DNA from: Chiloscyllium plagiosum
Lineage: Eukaryota
Assembly: GCF_004010195.1 (NCBI RefSeq)
Contig: NC_057759.1
Span: 6,114,307-6,151,553, forward strand
Reading direction: 5' to 3'
Length of the DNA: 37,247 nt
Shown here: positions 23,602 to 36,195 of the stretch, one piece after another
Position numbering within the stretch: the first letter of the stretch is position 1
Layout: the number at the start of each line of letters is the position of its first letter
Made by a program: the position numbers and the translations under genes
Notes under the pieces: generated by a model
Seen by the model: only the letters and a program-made list of their open reading frames with translations
What the model was told of the DNA's origin: nothing
The model's database searches: none

Positions 23602-23874
23602 GCCTGATGGATAAATAAAGCTGATTATTGCGTTTCCACACCTTCCCGTCTGTGACTTCACAATGGTAAGTCCCCGAGTCTGTCGGATGAGCGGACTCAG
23701 AGATGTAATCACTGTGGTCAGATGGAGACTGGAGAAGGAGCACATTTCTGTAAAAGCTGTACTGCAAGGAAGCGTGGGAGGGATTCGCTTCGACCCAGCA
23801 CACCAGTTCAACCCGTTGGCCATCAAACAGCTGTCCCGCAGGACGCACGGTCAACACAGGGACGGTGTACACCT
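23602..23874 (-). CDS. FCRL-like Ig exon (D3-like), reading frame intact
   Basis: 273 nt, phase 1-1, ttccag|AG...AGGC|gtaagt. VYTVPVLTVRPAGQLFDGQRVELVCWV...LQYSFYRN...DSGTYHCEVTDG...LYLSIR. Confidence 0.85.
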
Positions 23875-24147
23875 CTGGAAAACAGAAGGACATGTTTCTG
23901 ATTCAGCCTGTAGAGTGTCTGGGCTTGGTTACGCTCAGTGAACAGAACGAGAGGGAAAATAAATCCCGAGGCGGGGCCAGTGCGGGAGATTCCCAACCAT
24001 CCTTCAAGGCCAATCAAGGCTGTTAGCATCATGCCAGCTCGAGGTCAGATTTTGTGACAATCGCGATTGCATTTGGAATGAACAAATAAAACCACAGCGA
24101 GAGTTTTGTACCCGGTTCTGGAATCCACATTCTGGGAGGGAGAGGAT

Positions 24148-24375
24148 AGTGTGGAGTTTGCACGTTCTCCCCGTGTCTGCGTGGGTTTCCTCCGGATGCT
24201 CCGGTTTCCTCCCACAGTCCAAAGATGTGTAGGTCAGGTGAATTGGCCATGTTAAATTGCCCGTAGTGTTAGGTAAGGGGTAAATGTAGGGGTATGGGTG
24301 GGTTGCGCTTCGGCGGGGCGGTGTGGACTTGTTGGGCCGAAGGGCCTGTTTCCACACTGTAAGTAATCTAATCTA
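24148..24375 (+). mobile_element. HE1-like V-SINE, 5'-truncated
   Basis: gtggagtttgcacgttctccccgtgtctgcgtgggtttcc core and (AATCT)n end. Confidence 0.85.
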
Positions 24376-24389
24376 AAGCAGTAAGAGAG

Positions 24390-25740
24390 GGTGCAGAGGG
24401 ACGTCAGTGGTGGGAAAGTTGCTGGACAAGGTACTGTGGGATAGGATCTATTTATATTTAGAAAATAATGGGGCAATCAGTGATAGGCAGCACGGTTTTG
24501 TGCAGGGGAGACCGTCCCTTACCAACTTAATAGAATTCTTCGAGGAAGTGACCAAGTTGATAGATGAAAGAAGGGCTGTTGATGTCATATGCATGGACTT
24601 TAGTAAGGCATTTGATAAGGTTCCCCATTGTAGACTAATGGAGAAAGTGAAGCCACATGGTGTGCAGTGTGTTCTAGCTAGTTGGATAAAGAACTGGTTG
24701 AGCAACAGGAGACAGAGAGTAGTAGTTGAAGGGAGTTTCTCGGAATGGAGAAAGGTGACCTGTGGTGTTCCACGGGGTCAGAGTTGGGGCTACTGTTGTT
24801 TGTAATATACATAAATGATCTGGGAGAGGGTACTGTTGGTATGATCAGCAAGTATACAGATGACACGAAGATTGGTGGAGTAGCAGAAAGCATAAGGGAC
24901 TGTCAGAAAATACAGGAGGCTATAAATAGACCAGAGAGTTGGGTGGAAAAGTGGCAGATGGTTTTCAATCCAGACAAATGTGACGTGATGCATTTAGGCA
25001 AGACTAATTCTAGAGCGAATTATACAATGAACGGAAGAGCCTTGGGAAAACTTGGTGGCAGACAGATCTGGGAGTGCAGGTCCGTTGTACCCTGAAGGTT
25101 GCTGCACAGGTGGATAGAGTGATCAAGAAGGCATATAGTATGCTTGCCTTCATCGGACGGGGTATTGAGTTTAAGAGCTGGCAACTCATACTACAATTGT
25201 ACAAAACATTGGTTCGGCCGCATTTAAAGTACTGTGTACAGTTCTGGTCGCCACATTACCGTCTGGTCGCTTTGAAGGTTTACGAGGATGTTGCCTGGTA
25301 TGGAAGGTGCTAGTTATGAAGAAAGATTGAGTTGGTTAGGTTTATTTTCATTTGAAAAAAGGAGATTGAGGGGCGACCTGATTGAGGTTTACAAAATCAT
25401 GAAGGGTATGGACAGGATAGATAGCTATAAACTTTTTCCCAGGGTGAAGGATTCAATAATGAGAGGTCATGCCTTCAAGGTGAGAGGTGGAAAGTTTAAG
25501 GGGGATACACGCGGCATGTACTTCACACAGAGTGTGGTGGGCGTTTAAAACGCGTTGCCAGCAGAGGTGGTAGGGTCAAGCACGGTAGAGTAATTTAAGA
25601 GGCGTGAATAGGTGGGGAGCAGAGGGATACAGATGCTTAGGGATTGACCGACAAGTTTAGACAGTACGTTTGGATCGGCTCAGGCTTGGAGGGCAGAAGG
25701 GCCTGTTCCTGGGCTGTAAGTTATATTTGTTCTTTGTTCT
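24390..25740 (+). mobile_element. CR1 LINE, RT domain through 3' end
   Basis: QHGFVQGR...LIEFFEEV...DFSKAFDKVPH...LLFVIYINDL...YTDDTKIGG...LYKTLVRPHLKYCVQFWSP; ends in TTTGTTC repeats. Confidence 0.9.
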
Positions 25741-26194
25741 TTTTATCGAGATGTTGCCTTGGAGCTGTAGAGTTTCAGTGATGAAGAGAGATTGGATAGA
25801 CTGGGATTGCTTTCCTTCGAGCAGAGGAGATTGAGACGAGGGTGAAGGTGATGATGGAGATGTATAAAATGATGAGGAGTGTAGATAGGATAGATAGGAG
25901 GAACCCTTTCCCAATTGGTGGAGGGAGGGGGACATCGATTGAAAGTCAGGGGCAGAAGGTGTAGACGGGATGAGAGGAAACACATTTTCACTCAGATTAT
26001 CTGGAACTCACTGCTTGTAAGGGTAGGAGCCGCAGAAACCCCTATCAAATTGAAGAGTGTTTAGATGTGCACTCTCGAGGCCAAGGTTATGGTGCCACGT
26101 GCTGGGAAAATAGGGATTAGAGAATAGTGGCTGTTTCTGACTCGATGGGTCGAAAGACCTTTAATTTGTGCTGGGGATAATGACAGATAGTTAC

Positions 26195-26521
26195 GTTTAA
26201 TGGAAATGTGAATGCTGTTGCTCCTCTTCCACAGACAGTAAACTGCTCCTCGGATGCTGCCTGAACTGCTGTGCTCTTCCAGCACCACTGATCCAGAATC
26301 TGGTTTCCAGCATCTGCAGTCATTGTTTTTACCCTGTGTTGATCGCTTCACAGGCGTAATTCCCGGAAACTTTTGCTGCCATGATCAGGCACGGCCTCTA
26401 GGGCGGCGCTGTCTCTGTAAAATGAGTAGTGAAGCTGGACGGAGGGCCTTGCCGCCCGGACAGTGCACGTCAGCGTGACCTGGAGGCCCTCGAATACTTC
26501 AGACGGGCTTGGCAAAGCGTT
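26195..26521 (-). pseudogene. FCRL-like Ig exon (D3-like) disrupted by deletions and a TE insertion
   Basis: ERFAKPV/EVFEGLQVTLTCTV...QLHYSFYRD.../SGNYACEAINT[insert]VYCLWKRSNSIHISIK; AG at 26523-22 and GT at 26194-93. Confidence 0.8.
26246..26333 (+). mobile_element. Penelope-like terminal fragment (family B) inserted into the Ig exon
   Basis: ctcctcggatgctgcctgaactgctgtgctcttccagcacc...gcatctgcagtc, flanked by CTG on both sides. Confidence 0.8.
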
Positions 26522-26849
26522 CTGGAATGTAACACACAATCAAAGCTCATCGATCAACTGTTATCATCTCAGAGCGAAAGGCACAACGGTGATGGGATGA
26601 AGAATGTGAGAATTTACAGACAAAGGACAGGGGAGAGAGAGAAACTTTATCTTTCTCTTGCTTTCCAAATTTAAAATTCCATTGTGATGGCACTACAGTC
26701 ATAGAATCATACAGCACAGAAACAGAGACTTTGGCCCAACTCGTCCATGCGAACCAGGTTTCCCAAACTGATTTAGTCTTATTTTTCAGTATTTGACCCA
26801 TATCCGTCTAAACCTCTGCCATTCACATATCCATCCAAACGCTTTCTTT

Positions 26850-27030
26850 TTAGATTAGATTTCTTACAGCCCTTCAGCCCAACAAGTCCACACCGACCCT
26901 CCGAAGAGCAACCAACCTAGACCCATTCCCCTACATTTACTCCTTCAACTAACACTACGGGCAATTTAGCATGGCCAATTCACCTAACCTGTACATTTTT
27001 GGACTGTCGGTGGAAACCCACGGGGAGAAA
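26850..27030 (-). mobile_element. HE1-like V-SINE fragment
   Basis: tagattaga tail, cccaacaagtccacaccg, gggcaatttagcatggccaattcacctaacct. Confidence 0.75.
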
Positions 27031-28322
27031 GGGTTTAATGTGAGAGGGGAATGATTTAAAAGGAATCTGAAAAGCAACGTTTTCAGATAGAGGGTGGCAT
27101 GAGTATGGAACGAGCTGCCAGAGAAAGTGGTAGACATGGATAGAATATTAAAAGAAAAGGACAGGTATATTACTGGAAAAGCTTTGGACGGATTTGGGCC
27201 CAATGCAAATGGGACTCACTTCAGCTCAAGAATCCTGGTTGGCATGGGTGAGTTGGGCGGAAAGGCTTGTTGACGTGTTGCATGATTCAATGACTCTATT
27301 TGGCAAAGATGTATTCATAACATTGACACGATCGATCTCAACATATTAAAACTTGCCCAGATTTCACCAGAGACATAAATTTGTCTTAAGAGGAGAGATT
27401 GAGCAGGTCAGAGTTTAGAGGATGAGATGTTATTTAGTGGCTAGCTCAATCGGTTGGATGGCTGATCTAAGTTGCAGATGGTGCCCATGGTGTGAGTTCT
27501 ATTCCAACACCAGCTGAGGTGACCACAGAGGATTCTACATCTCCGCTGCTCCCCTCACCTAAGGCGTGGTAACCTTCAGATTCGACCACCACCCTGCCCC
27601 TCCTCTCGCTGATGAAAGAGTGGGACCGTGGTGAGTTTACTCACGCAATGTTAAAGTGATGATTTAAAAGGTAGATGGACAGACGATGTTTCCTCATAAT
27701 GGACAATCTGGAACAAGAGGTCACTGTTTCAGGAGAATGGGCTGGGACAGATTCAAAACAGAAATTAAGAGGAATGGCTTCTTCTCAAAGGCAAGTGGGC
27801 GGGCTGGGTGGTGACAAATGAACAGCGACTGAGCTCGGGTTATTTCCTCTGGAGCAGACAAAGCCAAGCGGGTACCTGACAGAGTTATGCAGGATTATGG
27901 ACAGGGTGGATTGGGAGCAGGTTGAAGGGTCAACCTTAGTTGACCCTTCAACTAAGGTTCCCCTTAGTTGAAGGGTCAGTAACAAGGAAGGCATCTGTTT
28001 CAAGTGAAAGGCAGGAGGTTTTAGAGGGGGATTTGAGGATTGTTTCACCTAGAGGGTGGTGAGAGTCTGGAATGCACTGCCTGGAAAGGTAGTTGAGGCA
28101 AGAAGTCACACAACCTTCAAAAAATAAATGGATGAGCACTTGAAGGATCATAATGTTCAAGACAATATGGAAAAGTGGGTTGGTGTACGTTTGGCAGCAC
28201 AGACATGATAGACCAAACGGCCGCTTCTATACTGAATAATTCAGAATGCCTCCTGTGTTTACATTAGTAATTGAGACAAATATGCATAATGTCCACCACA
28301 GATTTCAAAATCAAGTATGTAC

Positions 28323-28554
28323 CTTGTACCTGAACTTTAACATTTCGTTATTTCAACTTATGAATTTTACAACTGTACCATCCACTGTCTTCGGTGCCGT
28401 TTACTTTAATGCTATACAATGATTCCCGTCCTGTGAACCACATAAAAGCAAAAGTCCTTGTTCCACCTACGATCGTATTTGTACCGACAATTCAGTTTTA
28501 GTGTCTCTCCTTCCAAAGGTGAAACTGGGACAACATGGAAAGACACATTTCTAT
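28323..28554 (-). pseudogene. FCRL-like Ig exon (D2-like) with a frameshift and a premature stop
   Basis: DRNVSFHVVPVSPLEGETLKLNCRY...FCFY/...EDSGWYSCKIHKLK*RNVKVQVQ; TAA at 28350-28348; 232 nt; AG and GT intact. Confidence 0.75.
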
Positions 28555-28621
28555 CTAAATCAAAAATAAACTTGTATCATTACAGCTCACCTTACGCATT
28601 CGTTACATTGGAAACTGCTCC

Positions 28622-28772
28622 TGAAACATTCAGGATCACTGATAATTTGCTGCCCGAGTACATTTTCAAGTATCGGCCAGCCAATCCCCAATATTTTATA
28701 CAATCCAGTCCAGACAATTACTGTCAATTTGTTTTCAACCCCTGTGTGTTAAGTACAGTTTTGGATCCCTGA
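28622..28772 (-). pseudogene. Possible heavily decayed Ig exon (D1-like end)
   Basis: Frameshifted pieces read GRY / ENVLGQQIISDP / LNVS, resembling the FcR D1 ending SDPVxLxVS. The donor would be mutated (GA). Confidence 0.35.
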
Positions 28773-30079
28773 CCTGAGGAGAGGTCATAAGACTGCGAGA
28801 AACAGGAACACGAGTATGCCATTTGGCTATAAAGTCCCCTGCCCACCGCCTTCAATGTAATTAGACCTCAAGACCATAAGACATATGAACAGAATTAGGT
28901 CATTCATTCTATTGAATCTGCTCCTCTACTCATTGAGATCATGGCTTATCTGATAATTGTCAACTCCACTTTCCTGTCTTTTTGTCCCATAAACCTAGAT
29001 TCTGCTACCTGATTAAAAATCTCTCTATTTTAGCCTCAAATTTATAAACGAACCAGCTTTGACAGCCTTCTGAAATAAAGAATAACAAACACTCACTCCC
29101 CTCGACAGAAGAAATGCCTCTTCATCTCCATCTTCAATGGGCGATTCAAACCCCATCCACTACAACCAGCCCACCTCTGCCTAGCCCTTATTCTGAGATG
29201 ATGTCCCTCTGGTCCATGAATCACCCGTACAAGAGTAAACAACTTCTTTCCAAATCTTCCCCCTCAAGTACCTCTAACAATCTTCAAAAAGGTGGCCTTC
29301 CATTCTACTAAACTCCAATGAGTACAGGTCCAACTTATTCTACCTCTCCTCGTGAGAAATTACGAACTCGCAGATGAGGTACCAAAACTTACATAAGTGA
29401 CTGACTGAATGAAAATTAAGATTCAGCATTGAATCATGTTATAATACGTGTATTTGGTTGAAACTTAGTTTGGAGGTCAAGAAAAGATCAGTTTTCATCA
29501 CCACACTACCAGAAGGATGTGGAGACTTTAGAGACGGTATTGAACTGGTTTACCAAGATAGTGCCTGGTTCGGAGGGTATTAACCAAGATGAGACATTGT
29601 ACAAATTCATTTTGTTCTTGCTTGAATGTCAGAAGGAAAAGGATGACCTGATTGAAGTTTATAAAATTATGAGCTATATGGATATAAAGGATAGTCATAG
29701 TTTTTTTTCCCAGGGTAGGAATGTCAATTACTCAGGGATACAGGTTTAAGGGGAAAAAAGGAGATTTTAATAAGATGTAAGGAGCAGCTTTTTGTTCCAG
29801 AGAGGGTGGTAAGTTGGTGGAATTCACTCTTAGAGGAGGTGGTGGAAGCAGATACAATAGTAATGTTTAAGAGGCATTTGACAGAAAGATGTCTAGGCAG
29901 GGATTAGAGAGACATGGACAGCATCGAGGGAAAAGGGTTTCAGTTTACATAGGCAACATGTTTCAGCACAGTCTTGTTGGCCTGAAAGGCCTGTTCCTAT
30001 ACTGTACTTTTCTTTGACCACTGTGTATTCCAATTCCATGAAAAATTTTCGATGTAAATGAAAGTCAAAGTTCACTTCC

Positions 30080-30322
30080 CTGTGGCAACAACTTCAACAG
30101 TTTCACTCTTTTGCCATGAATTTTATATCACACAGTGATAAGACCCGCCAGTTTCATTGTTCGCGAGTACTTTATAAATATTACCCCATATATTAGTGAA
30201 AAACTGTCCATTTTTGTATCAGTAAACATCGTATCTTTTTTCTGTCCCATATTGCAATTTAAAGTCTCTCCTTTTACAAATTCACTTGTGGCTTTATATG
30301 TTATGTGGGGGCCTTCCAAAAG
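30080..30322 (-). pseudogene. FCRL-like Ig exon with several frameshifts and stops
   Basis: ctctctcttcag|AFGR/PHITY...GETLNCN.../YDVY*YKNG...GGSYHCVI*NSWQKSE/TVEVVAT; donor reads GGAAGT instead of GTAAGT. Confidence 0.7.
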
Positions 30323-30374
30323 CTGAAGAGAGAGAGTGAGTAGCATAAACTAACTTACCTCCTGACGTAGCCAA

Positions 30375-30895
30375 GGCCTCTCCGCTATCACAAGGCACGA
30401 GTCAGGAGTGTGATGGAATGATCCCTACTTGGCCGAATGAGTGAAACTCCAAAAACTGCCAGTCACAATGCAGCCCCCACTTGACTGGCACCACATCCTC
30501 AAACATTCACTTCCTCAAATATCGATGTTCAGTAGTAGCAGTGTGTACCACCTACAAGATGCACAGCAGAAATGCAACAGAGATCCTCAGCGAGCACTGT
30601 CAAAACCCGCTACCACATCCATCTAGAAGGATAAGGGCAGCAATAATATGGGAACACCGCTACCTTCATGATCTCCTCCAAGGCACTCAGCATCCCAAAT
30701 TGGATCCCAACTTTAGTGTCACTGGTTCAGAATCCTGGAATTCCCTCCCCAATGGCATTGTGGGTCTTCCAGCAGCACTTGGACGTAATGGTTCAAGAAG
30801 GCAGGTCAATTCCCACTTCCCAAAGACAGCAACTAGGGATTGGGTAAACAAACGCTGGGCTTAGCCAATGATGGCCATGTCCCACGAGTGAATTA
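30375..30895 (+). mobile_element. LINE 3' fragment (CR1/L2-like)
   Basis: caaggcacgagtcaggagtgtgatggaat (KAxVRSVME-like RT C-terminus); tail shared with 15950-16165. Confidence 0.6.
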
Positions 30896-31625
30896 AATTT
30901 CATATTACATGCGCCTGCCCATTACAGTCTGTTCTGTACTTTCCTCTGTTGTCCTCCCTCATTCTCCTCCTCTTTTGTTATGTTTCCACACGTCTGATCA
31001 CATATTATGGAAATGAAGACCAGAACTGAAATTAATGCCCATTTATATTTATCACAACTAGTTCTGATCAGGACGAGGCACCACTTAATGATAGTGTCCT
31101 GTCAAAAAGAGACAGTTGTCCATTTTCCCCACTGTTGTTCACAAATATATTGTGTCAATGCTTACTGCCAGTGACACTACCTTGAATTTTACTGGCAGAT
31201 TTGTAATGTGCATTTAATCTTTAGCTTCCCAAACCTTTTTAAGTAAATGAACGCAACAATTCCATTAAAACTTCCACATTGCTGTCTGACCAATCTTATC
31301 CATCAGTTCATCCATTATTGACACTGCCTTCCTATTCGCATTGAAGACCATAAGAGCACGAGAATAGGAGTAGGCCATTCGGCCATTTGATCCTGTTTTG
31401 TAATCCACTTGGATCGTGGCTGATCTGACATTCCTTATATCCAGTTCCCTGCCCGATCCCCATAATCGTTGATTCCGTCACTGATCAAGAATCTATGCCA
31501 ACTTTAAATATTCACAAGGACTCGATGACCCAATGCAACTGCCTGTGTGAAGCATTTCCAAAGACTCCCCTACCTGTGGTAGAAGAAATCCCTCCTGATC
31601 TCAGTATTCAAATACTGCCCATTCA

Positions 31626-31940
31626 TTAGATTAGATTAGATTCCCTAGAGCATGGAAACAGGCCCTTCAGCCCAACAAATCCACACCGATCCTCCGAAGA
31701 GTAACCCACCCAGACCCATTCCCCAACCCTATATTTACCCCTGATTAACAGACCTGACACTGTGGGCAATTTAGCACAGCCAATTTACCTGGCTTGCACA
31801 TCTTTGGATTGTGGGAGGAAACGACACAGATACGGGGAGAATATGCAAAACCCACACAGACAGGTGCCCGAAGTGGGACTCAAACCGGGGTCTCTGGTGC
31901 TGTGAGGCAGCAGTGCTAACCACTGAGCCACAGTGCCACC
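31626..31940 (-). mobile_element. Full-length HE1-like V-SINE nested in a CR1 tail
   Basis: Minus strand 5' ggtggcactgtggctcagtggttagcactgctgcctcac (box A), ggtttgagtccc (box B), V core, (AATCT)3 tail. The host CR1 tail spans about 31345-32098. Confidence 0.85.
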
Positions 31941-32099
31941 CTTATTCTGAGACTTTGCCGTCTTGTTCTGGATTCTCGCATGAGGGGGTGACACCCTCTC
32001 AGCATTGACCCTGACAAGCCCCTATATGTTTCAATGTGATCACCTCTCATTCTTTAAACATCAGTGAGTATAACCCTAACCTGTTTATCCTTTGCTCAA

Positions 32100-32760
32100 T
32101 AAGACACAGTTGATGTTCATCTCAGTGTGCATTCTGGTGAACAGACCATAGAGCATGGAGTCCCGCATCACAGAACTGCTCGGGACGAACCTCGACAAAC
32201 ACCACTGTATTCCTCTCCAGAATTCTTCTGCATAGGCACATTCCAGACGGATGTGTGTGACAGTCTCGTCCACTCCGCAGCCACTTCGAGGGCAGTGTAC
32301 GGTGCTGCAGAGAGTCCGGGCGTGTATAACGGATCTCACAGGCAGAGCCCTTCTCACCACCAGCCATGGCATGTCTTGGTGCTTGTTGGAAAGTTCTGGC
32401 GATGAGGCATTCTGCCAAATGACTTTGACAGTCTGTCCAAGGAACCGCTCGATAGGATCCACCCTCTCCTTTTCCCGAAGGGTCTAAAGGACACTACGTA
32501 CTGACCACTTCCTGATGGACTTGTGGTCAAAGGTGTTTTTCTTCATAAACTTCTCCACGAAGGACAGGTGATACAGAACGGTCCAACTACTTGAAGCATT
32601 CCACGGCAGCAAGGCCAGGCCCATCCTTCGCAACGCCAGGGACAGGTAGAACCTCAGTACATAGTGACACTTGGTGTTTGTGTACCGGGGATCCATGCAC
32701 AGCTAGATGCAGTCACACACAAAGGTGTCCATGAGGGTGATGGTGGCATTGGGCATGTTT
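32100..32760 (-). mobile_element. Tx1/L1-clade LINE ORF2 C-terminal fragment (zinc-binding region)
   Basis: IWQNASSPELSNKHQDMPWLVVRRALPVR...CPRSGCGVDETVTHIRLECAYAEEFW (CxxxxC...ET..H...C). Confidence 0.75.
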
Positions 32761-32779
32761 TCCCCCCGTTGCCCAGAAC

Positions 32780-33063
32780 GTGGCACTGCTGCCTCACAGC
32801 ACCAGAGACCCGCCTCAGATTCAATTCCCGGTTCAATTCCCGCCTCAGGCGACTGACTGTGTGGAGTTTGCACATTCTCCCCGTGTCTGCGTGGGTTTCC
32901 TCCGGGTGCTCCGGTTTCCTCCCACAGTCCAAAAATGTGCAGGTTAGGTGAATTAGTGTTAGGTGAAGGGGTAAATGTAGGAGAATGGGTCTGGGTGGGT
33001 TGCGGGTCGGTGTGGACCTGTTGGGCCGAAGGGCCTGTTTCCTCACTGTAAGTAATCTAATCT
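32780..33063 (+). mobile_element. HE1-like V-SINE
   Basis: gcactgctgcctcacagcaccagagaccc, box B ggttcaattccc (locally duplicated), V core, AATCT tail. Confidence 0.85.
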
Positions 33064-33119
33064 ATCCGCCTCCATCTTCAATGTGTCTTGCCTTGTCCAG
33101 GGCTGGCAGCTGGTTGCTT

Positions 33120-33225
33120 TTTGGGCTTTTGCCCGAAACATTGATTTTCAGATTCTGCCTGACCTGTTGTGCTTTTCCAGCAGCACTCTAATCTCCAGCA
33201 TCTGCAGTCCCCACCTCCACCTTGT
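33120..33225 (+). mobile_element. Penelope-like terminal fragment (family B)
   Basis: gggcttttgcccGAAAc...gcctgacctgttgtgcttttccagcagc...ccagcatctgcagtc; the CTGATGA half of the core is missing. Confidence 0.65.
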
Positions 33226-34819
33226 TGACTTAGTCAGTCGAGAGAGGACTGTTTTTAAGCAGCCAGTCACAGAGACTGTTAATTCTCTTTTTAAACAAAG
33301 AGAGGAAAATTGCTGCTGACCGGCTGCTGAATTTGGAAGCTCTGGCAACCGCTGTTTGATTCGAGTATTTTTCTATCCGTTAAAAAATTATTGTCTCTTT
33401 CTGGGAATGAGTCCCAGGTTGTAAGAAATAGGTCAATACTTAGGGGCATCCATTCACATTCAGCAATTACTTTGGAGTTTGATATAGAGTTATGTGCCTG
33501 TAAATAACTCATCATCCAAGAATTGCCAAAAGGGTTGGCAATCCATTGTTGGAATCTGTTTCATTGAATGGGTAATTATTTGTCTTTATTTTCTCTTTTA
33601 ATTTGCCCCTTGACTCTCTGTCTTTGAGACATGGGGGCCATGATCAAAAAGCTGAAACCGTTGCTATTAATTCAGTTATCTAGTTTAACCTTGCCCAAGT
33701 ACATTTGCAGTATTTACTATTGGTAATTTTCATTCAAATTACAATTTTTGTGTGCAATATCTGTTTTTCATCAAGTCTGGTTAGGAACAGTTGAGACATT
33801 TTGAAGGATATTGTATGTTTTAATTTCACGGTGTTGTGAATCAGATGACAGTGACACTTGTCCGCGTTGGCTTACTTCTCCTTGTCTGTAATGCCTTTCA
33901 CCCCGACCACTCAGGAACTCCTGAGAGAAAAGCAAAACTCTCCTACATTAAATGAGAGGACACCTATTTGTTAACTGTGTCCACTCATTTCTCGTGTCTG
34001 GCACAAAGGGATTTATACATTCACATTGTTAAGTCCTCTTGGGATGTTATACACCTCTATCAGATCATTTGATTCTTTTAAGCTCTAACTGATGCAAGCC
34101 CAACCCGGCATCTCCTTGTCCTTGTCAGTTGAGTAAATCAGCTCTGAACCACTTTGAATGTATTTGCATCCTTTCTTAAGTGAAGAGACCAAGTCTGGTG
34201 GTCTCCCCAAAACTACTGTCAAATGGAGGAAAACATCCTGACTTTATGTTCCACTCCCTTACCACAAACAACAGTATTTTATTTTCTGCCTTAATCCGTT
34301 GTGGGTGCCTTTATGCTAACTTTATCATGTGTCTGAATCCTTCTGTACTTCTGGGATTTTGCAACCTCTCTCCGTGCTGCTTTTCCATTGCTCCTTCTAA
34401 GTTGGACAGGTTTTCCTTCATTAAACTCCTACCTAGCATGTTTCCAACCTGCTTGACCTGTCAATGACACTTTACAGATTCCTTATGCCCTGTTTGTACT
34501 TGAGTTTCCTACCCAGTTTTGGGCCATCAACAAATTTAAAACCTTTGCATATCCTTCCTTCATCAAAGCTGTGAACAGACATTGAAAAAAAAACGGAAGC
34601 ACTTGCATTGTATTCCATTCATCACCTCTTGACAACCCTAAACGTTTTGACGACTTTCTTTCCTGTTTATTCAATAATGCTGTTAATGTTAATTCAACAT
34701 TAACATTGTTAAATGACCTGAACATGATGAGTTCTTATTTGAAATGATGACTATCAATGTGGCACCATGCCGAAAGACTTCTGGAATAGAAGAGCATCCA
34801 TGGGTTCCTCTATTCCACA

Positions 34820-35660
34820 AGAACTAGGAGTAGTTGTGGGCGATCTGGCCCTTTGATCCAATTCCACCATTCAAATTGTCGTGGCTGATCGTTTCATGGC
34901 CTCAGCTCCACTTCGGCACCCTCTCGCCATAACCCTTAATTCCATCATTGTTTTAAAACGTATCTATCTTAGCTTTAAAAACATTTACTGAAGAAGTCTC
35001 AAGCACTTCACTGGGCAAGGAATTCCCCACATTCACAACCCTCTGGGCAAAGAAGTGCTTTCTCATTTCTGTCATAAACCTGCTACCCCTCATTTTGAGG
35101 CTATGCCCTTTTGTCCCAGTTTCACCTACGAGTGGCAAAATCCTCTCTACGCCTGTCTTATCTAATCCCTTCATAATTTTATATGTTCTTATAAGATCTT
35201 ACCCCATTCTTCTAAAATCCAATGAATATAATCACTGTCTACTCAGACTGTCTTCATCAGCCAACTACCTCAACCCTGGAATCAACTAGTGATCCTCCTC
35301 TGCACACCCCCCAGTTTCAGCACATGCTTTCTTAAGCAAGGAGACTAAAACTGCACATAGTACTCGGGGTGGCCCAGCTAGCACCCTATACAGCTGCAAC
35401 ATACCCTCCTTGCTTCTAAACTTAATCCCTTTAGCAATGAACGACAACATTCTATTTGCCTTCTTAATTACCTTTTGGACCTGCATACCAATCTTCTGTG
35501 ATTCATACACAAGGATTCCCAGGTCCCTCTACACACCAGCATGCTGTAACATTTTACCATTCAAGTAATAGTCCTTTTTACTCTTATTCCCACTTAAATG
35601 GATGACTTCACATTTATTAACATTGTACTCCAACTGTCAGACCTTCGATCACTCACTTAT
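34820..35660 (-). mobile_element. CR1 LINE 3' fragment
   Basis: QVQKVIKKANRMLSFIAKGI...LQLYRVL and MKGLDK...GHSLK...FFAQRVVN.GNSLP. Confidence 0.85.
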
Positions 35661-35719
35661 CCTAGCACAGGAGGCGAAGGAGGTTCAGCGTATCTGTAAA
35701 GACTCTTACGAATTTAAAA

Positions 35720-36195
35720 GATGCACCGAAGAAAGAATTCTATCCAGATGCATCGTGGCTTAGTATAGCAACTACTGTGCCGAGGACCATAAGAAACTAC
35801 AGAGAGTTCCAAACACAGCCCAGTCCATCACACAAGCCAACCTGCCATCCATTGACTCAACGTGTACTTCTTGCTGCCTCAGGAAAGCAGCCAACATTAT
35901 TAAAGACCCCTCCCACCCCGGTTATAATCTGTTCCATCGGGCAGAAAATACAGAAGCGTAAACAGATGGACCAACAGATTCAAGAACAGCTTTTTCCCTT
36001 CTGCTATTGAACTTTAGAATGGACACTTCAAATTTCAAATTTAATATCGATCTCACCCTTTCTGCACCCTCTCTGCAGCCTTAACATTCATTCTTCACTC
36101 TGTTCTATTACCCTAATACATCTTGTGTTACATAACCTGCCTGCACTTTCACTGTACGGAGGTACACACAACAAGAATAAAGCAAAGCAAATCAA
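35720..36195 (+). mobile_element. Rex1/Babar-like LINE 3' fragment
   Basis: ERILSRCIVA*YSNYCAEDHKKLQRV...AQSIT resembles the ESILxGCITAWYGN...LQRVV C-terminus; a similar tail occurs at about 19920-20066. Confidence 0.6.

Larger units (their letters stand above)
21235..30322 (-). pseudogene. Fc-receptor-like (FCRL-type) multi-Ig-domain gene, probably pseudogenised
   Basis: Series of phase-1 single-Ig-domain exons with FCR/FCRL-type motifs (PVL...FEG..V.L.C...L.YSFYR; VS.P.L...EGD...L.CSV..GS.PI.YQFY; DSG.Y.C). Most exons carry frameshifts, stops or TE insertions. No leader or TM exon identified with confidence. Confidence 0.8.

Noticed and set aside
30323..30379. Donor-like GAG|GTAAGT at 30358 as a leader mini-exon (similar site at about 28590)
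   Set aside because: The implied introns would be only about 36 nt, and the upstream sequence at 30375 belongs to a LINE.
31900..31940. tRNA-like box A/box B sequences (also at about 4930-4973 and 32780-32845)
   Set aside because: They are the tRNA-derived heads of SINEs, not tRNA genes.
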